From Eledone cirrhosa (lineage: Eukaryota): DNA of 29,949 nt. The stretch is taken from positions 1-29,949 of the forward strand of contig CAXHJY010000757.1 of assembly GCA_964016885.1 (NCBI GenBank). The letters are read 5' to 3'. Below are positions 27,115-29,949 of the stretch, piece by piece. The translations under genes were made by a program, and so were the position numbers. The notes under the pieces are model-generated. The model was not told where the DNA came from and ran no database searches. It saw nothing but the letters and a program-made list of their open reading frames with translations. Positions within the stretch are counted from its first letter, which is position 1. Every line of letters begins with the position of its first letter.

Positions 27115-27745
27115 GCTGTGTGTGTGTGTGTGTATGAGCGTGTGTGTGAGAGTGCGAAAGAGTAGTTACGAGTGTGTGTGTGTTTGTATATGTGTGTGGG
27201 TGTGCCTGTATGTGAGCGTGTGTGTGTGTGTGTGTAATGCATGCGTGTGCTTTCGTGTATGAATGTGTGTCAGAGAGAGAGAGAGTAATTATGTAACTGT
27301 GTGTATGTGGCTGTGTGTGCATGTGTGTGTACATCTGTGTGTGTGTGTAATGCATGCATGTACCTTTCATGTATGAACGTGTGTGTGTGTGAGTAATTAC
27401 GTAACTGTGACTATATATGTGTGTGTATGCATATGTGTGTGTATGTGCTTATATGTGTGTGTCCATATGTGTACGTGTGTGTGTGCTTATGTGTGTGTGT
27501 GCATATGTGTGTGTGTGCTTATATGTGTTTGTGTGCTTATATGTGTGTGCATATGTGTGTGTGCACATATGTGTGTGTGTGTGCTTATGTGTGTGTGTGC
27601 ATATGTGTGTGTGCATGTGTGTGTGCATATATGTGTGTGCATATATGTGTGTGCATACGTGTGTGTGTATGCTTATGTGTGTGTGCATATATGTGTGTAA
27701 ATGCATGCACCTTGCTTGTATATATGTGTGTGTGTGTGTGTGTGT
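27115..27745. repeat. (GT)n array with GCATAT / GCTTAT anchors
   Basis: Direct inspection. Confidence 0.92.
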
Positions 27746-27949
27746 TGAACGTTTACCGCGTATTTTTCTGTTCGTATTATTGCTGTTGTTGTTGTGATTG
27801 TTGTTTAACCCCAGGTCAGTCGACCCCCTTTCCCCATCTCTCACTAAGTAGACAGTGAGAACATGTAACTCTCGATGTAGTGACAGGGGCGCTGTCGTGA
27901 CATATTTTGGGGGCAATTTAAACTTGGTAGAAGCTTATCCTTTTTTCCC

Positions 27950-28170
27950 AGGCCTGAACACAACCAATTTCTTCCACACACAGAGTAAATGGGGATAGAG
28001 CAAGAGATAGAAACCCTCAGAATTTTACTGGTACATATTTTTTTTATCGACTTCGAAAGGATGAAAATCTAAGTTGACCGCAACAGGATTTGAACTCAGA
28101 AAGCTGGACCTAATACAACAAATACCGTAGAACATTCTATCAGGCATCTTAACGACTCTACCACTTCACG
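27950..28170 (-). mobile_element. Near full-length tRNA-derived SINE (Octopus-type)
   Basis: Minus strand: A box TGGTAGAGTCGTTA (28150-28163), B box GAGTTCAAATCC (28086-28097), body matching 21897-21952. Confidence 0.8.
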
Positions 28171-28177
28171 GGCTAGA

Positions 28178-28260
28178 GTATCTAGGACATTCTCTAACGT
28201 ATCCTTCTATTTTAAAGGTTAATATGTGGGAATATGGCTGCTATTTCTGACAATTCAAGT
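28178..28260 (+). mobile_element. Dispersed repeat fragment
   Basis: GTATCTAGGAC..GTATCCTTC..ATATGGCTGCTATTTCTG, similar to 26985-27085. Confidence 0.5.
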
Positions 28261-28302
28261 GACAGCGTAAATGTTCCCAGGTTGGATCATGTCTGGAGCG
28301 AA

Positions 28303-28994
28303 CGTGTGTGTCTATGTGTGTGTGTGTGTGTTGTGTGTGTGTGTGTGTGTGTGTGGGTGTGTGTGTGTGTGTGTCTGTCTATGTGTCTGTGTGTGTGTGG
28401 GTGTGTGTGTGTGTGTCTGTCTATGTGTCTGTGTGTGTGTGTCTATGTGTTTGTGTGTCTATGTGTGTGTCTGTATGTGTGGGTCTATGTGTGTGTTTGT
28501 GTGTCTATATGTGTGTGTCTGTGTGTGTGTTTCCGACAGAGATCTATGTATATCTGTGTGTGTGTGTGTGTGTGTGTCCGTCAGTGTGTGTGTGTGTGTC
28601 CTACATATATTTGTATATGTAGTCGTGTGTGTGTGAGTGAGTGTCTGCGTCATAGATCTATGTATATCTGTGTTTGTGTGTGTATGTCCGTCTGTGTGTG
28701 TGTGTGTGTGTGTGTCCTACATATCTTCGTAGTGTGTGTGTACGTGTGTCTGTGTGTAAGTTGTGCTTGTATACGTACCAGGATTTGTGTGCGTGTGTGT
28801 GTGTGTGTGTATCCATCCATTGTGTGTGTGTATGCGTGTATCTGTCCATGTGTGTGTGTCTTTCCTACATACATCTATGTATATCTGTTTGTCCGTGTGC
28901 CCGCCTGTGTGTGTGTGTGTGTGTCCTACATATATTTGTATATGTGGTCGTGTGTGTGTGTGTGTAATGGTGTAATAGTGTCTCTTTCTGTGTG

Positions 28995-29025
<31 letters not shown>

Positions 29026-29057
29026 ATCTATGTGTGTGTGTGTGTATCTATGTATAC

Positions 29058-29117
<60 letters not shown>

Positions 29118-29140
29118 ATCTATGTGTGTGCGTGTGTGTA
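28303..29140. repeat. (GT)n array with GTCTAT / CCTACATAT anchors
   Basis: Direct inspection. Confidence 0.92.
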
Positions 29141-29287
29141 TTATAAAGAGTCAGGACCCGCAACGGGTGAGCTCTTGCCGTTTCAAAAGACAGTTCCAGA
29201 CTTGTATAATATAACCATGCTCTACTATTCCAAGTATTGAGTACTCTCTTGAGTAATGGTCCTAACCAGTTACAAACTGGATCCACC

Positions 29288-29290
<3 letters not shown>
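29139..29290 (+). mobile_element. HHR-type element 3' end with an inverted 5' segment
   Basis: 29146-29203 matches 23400-23450 on the minus strand; 29220-29262 matches 23469-23511 on the plus strand. Confidence 0.6.
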
Positions 29291-29335
<45 letters not shown>

Positions 29336-29455
29336 TTGACAGAACTAGCATGGGTTTCACTGCTAGTACCGGTTGCATCTGGGAGTACTCAATACGTAAT
29401 GTTATGTTAAATCCCAGAGCAGACATATAGCTATTCCCTTCAATACAATTCAATA

Positions 29456-29457
<2 letters not shown>

Positions 29458-29539
<82 letters not shown>

Positions 29540-29548
29540 GTATATATG

Positions 29549-29582
<34 letters not shown>

Positions 29583-29633
29583 TATGTATATATGTATATA
29601 TATATATGTATATATATATGTATATATATATAC

Positions 29634-29672
<39 letters not shown>

Positions 29673-29812
29673 AGTATTAATAAAATAGATGTTCTTTTGA
29701 TTAATACTTATATTAATAACTCCTGAAAATTATTATCAGTTGAGTGCTTCCAGTCTACTGTAAAACTCATTCTTTGACATAATTATCGAATATTGTTTAA
29801 CAACTTAATACT

Positions 29813-29862
<50 letters not shown>

Positions 29863-29949
29863 CATATATATGTATATATATGTATATATATGTATATATA
29901 TGTATATATCTCCACTATATGTATATATATATACATATATATATGCATA
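29458..29949. repeat. (TA)n / TG(TA)n microsatellite with a short unique island
   Basis: Direct inspection; unique stretch at about 29672-29812. Confidence 0.9.

Overview
Non-coding eukaryotic (animal) DNA, probably intronic or intergenic. The extreme (TA)n/(GT)n/(GA)n content and the SINE/LINE fragments suggest an Octopus-like coleoid cephalopod (inference from recalled repeat motifs, not a database search). No intact protein-coding gene is supported; almost all ORFs in the supplied track are translations of microsatellites. Most of the window is compound microsatellite, with each block carrying its own anchor motif. Between the blocks are short islands: tRNA-derived SINE fragments, a degenerate CR1/L2-group LINE piece with a 30-bp minisatellite born inside its ORF, and an RTE LINE 3' fragment. 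The main result is a set of short elements sitting in (TA)n tracts that carry type I hammerhead ribozyme (HHR) folds with palindromic stem III, of the kind known from Penelope-like elements (PLE). There are 6 complete folds from 4 different sequence families, plus degenerate or 5'-truncated copies. Two sites are spacer-less palindromes with back-to-back ribozymes: a perfect 322-bp one at 725-1046 and an imperfect one at 23623-23778. A third HHR lies between 35-bp inverted repeats. Several of these elements share a downstream GAGTRYT motif. Folds were paired by eye; catalytic activity is not demonstrated.
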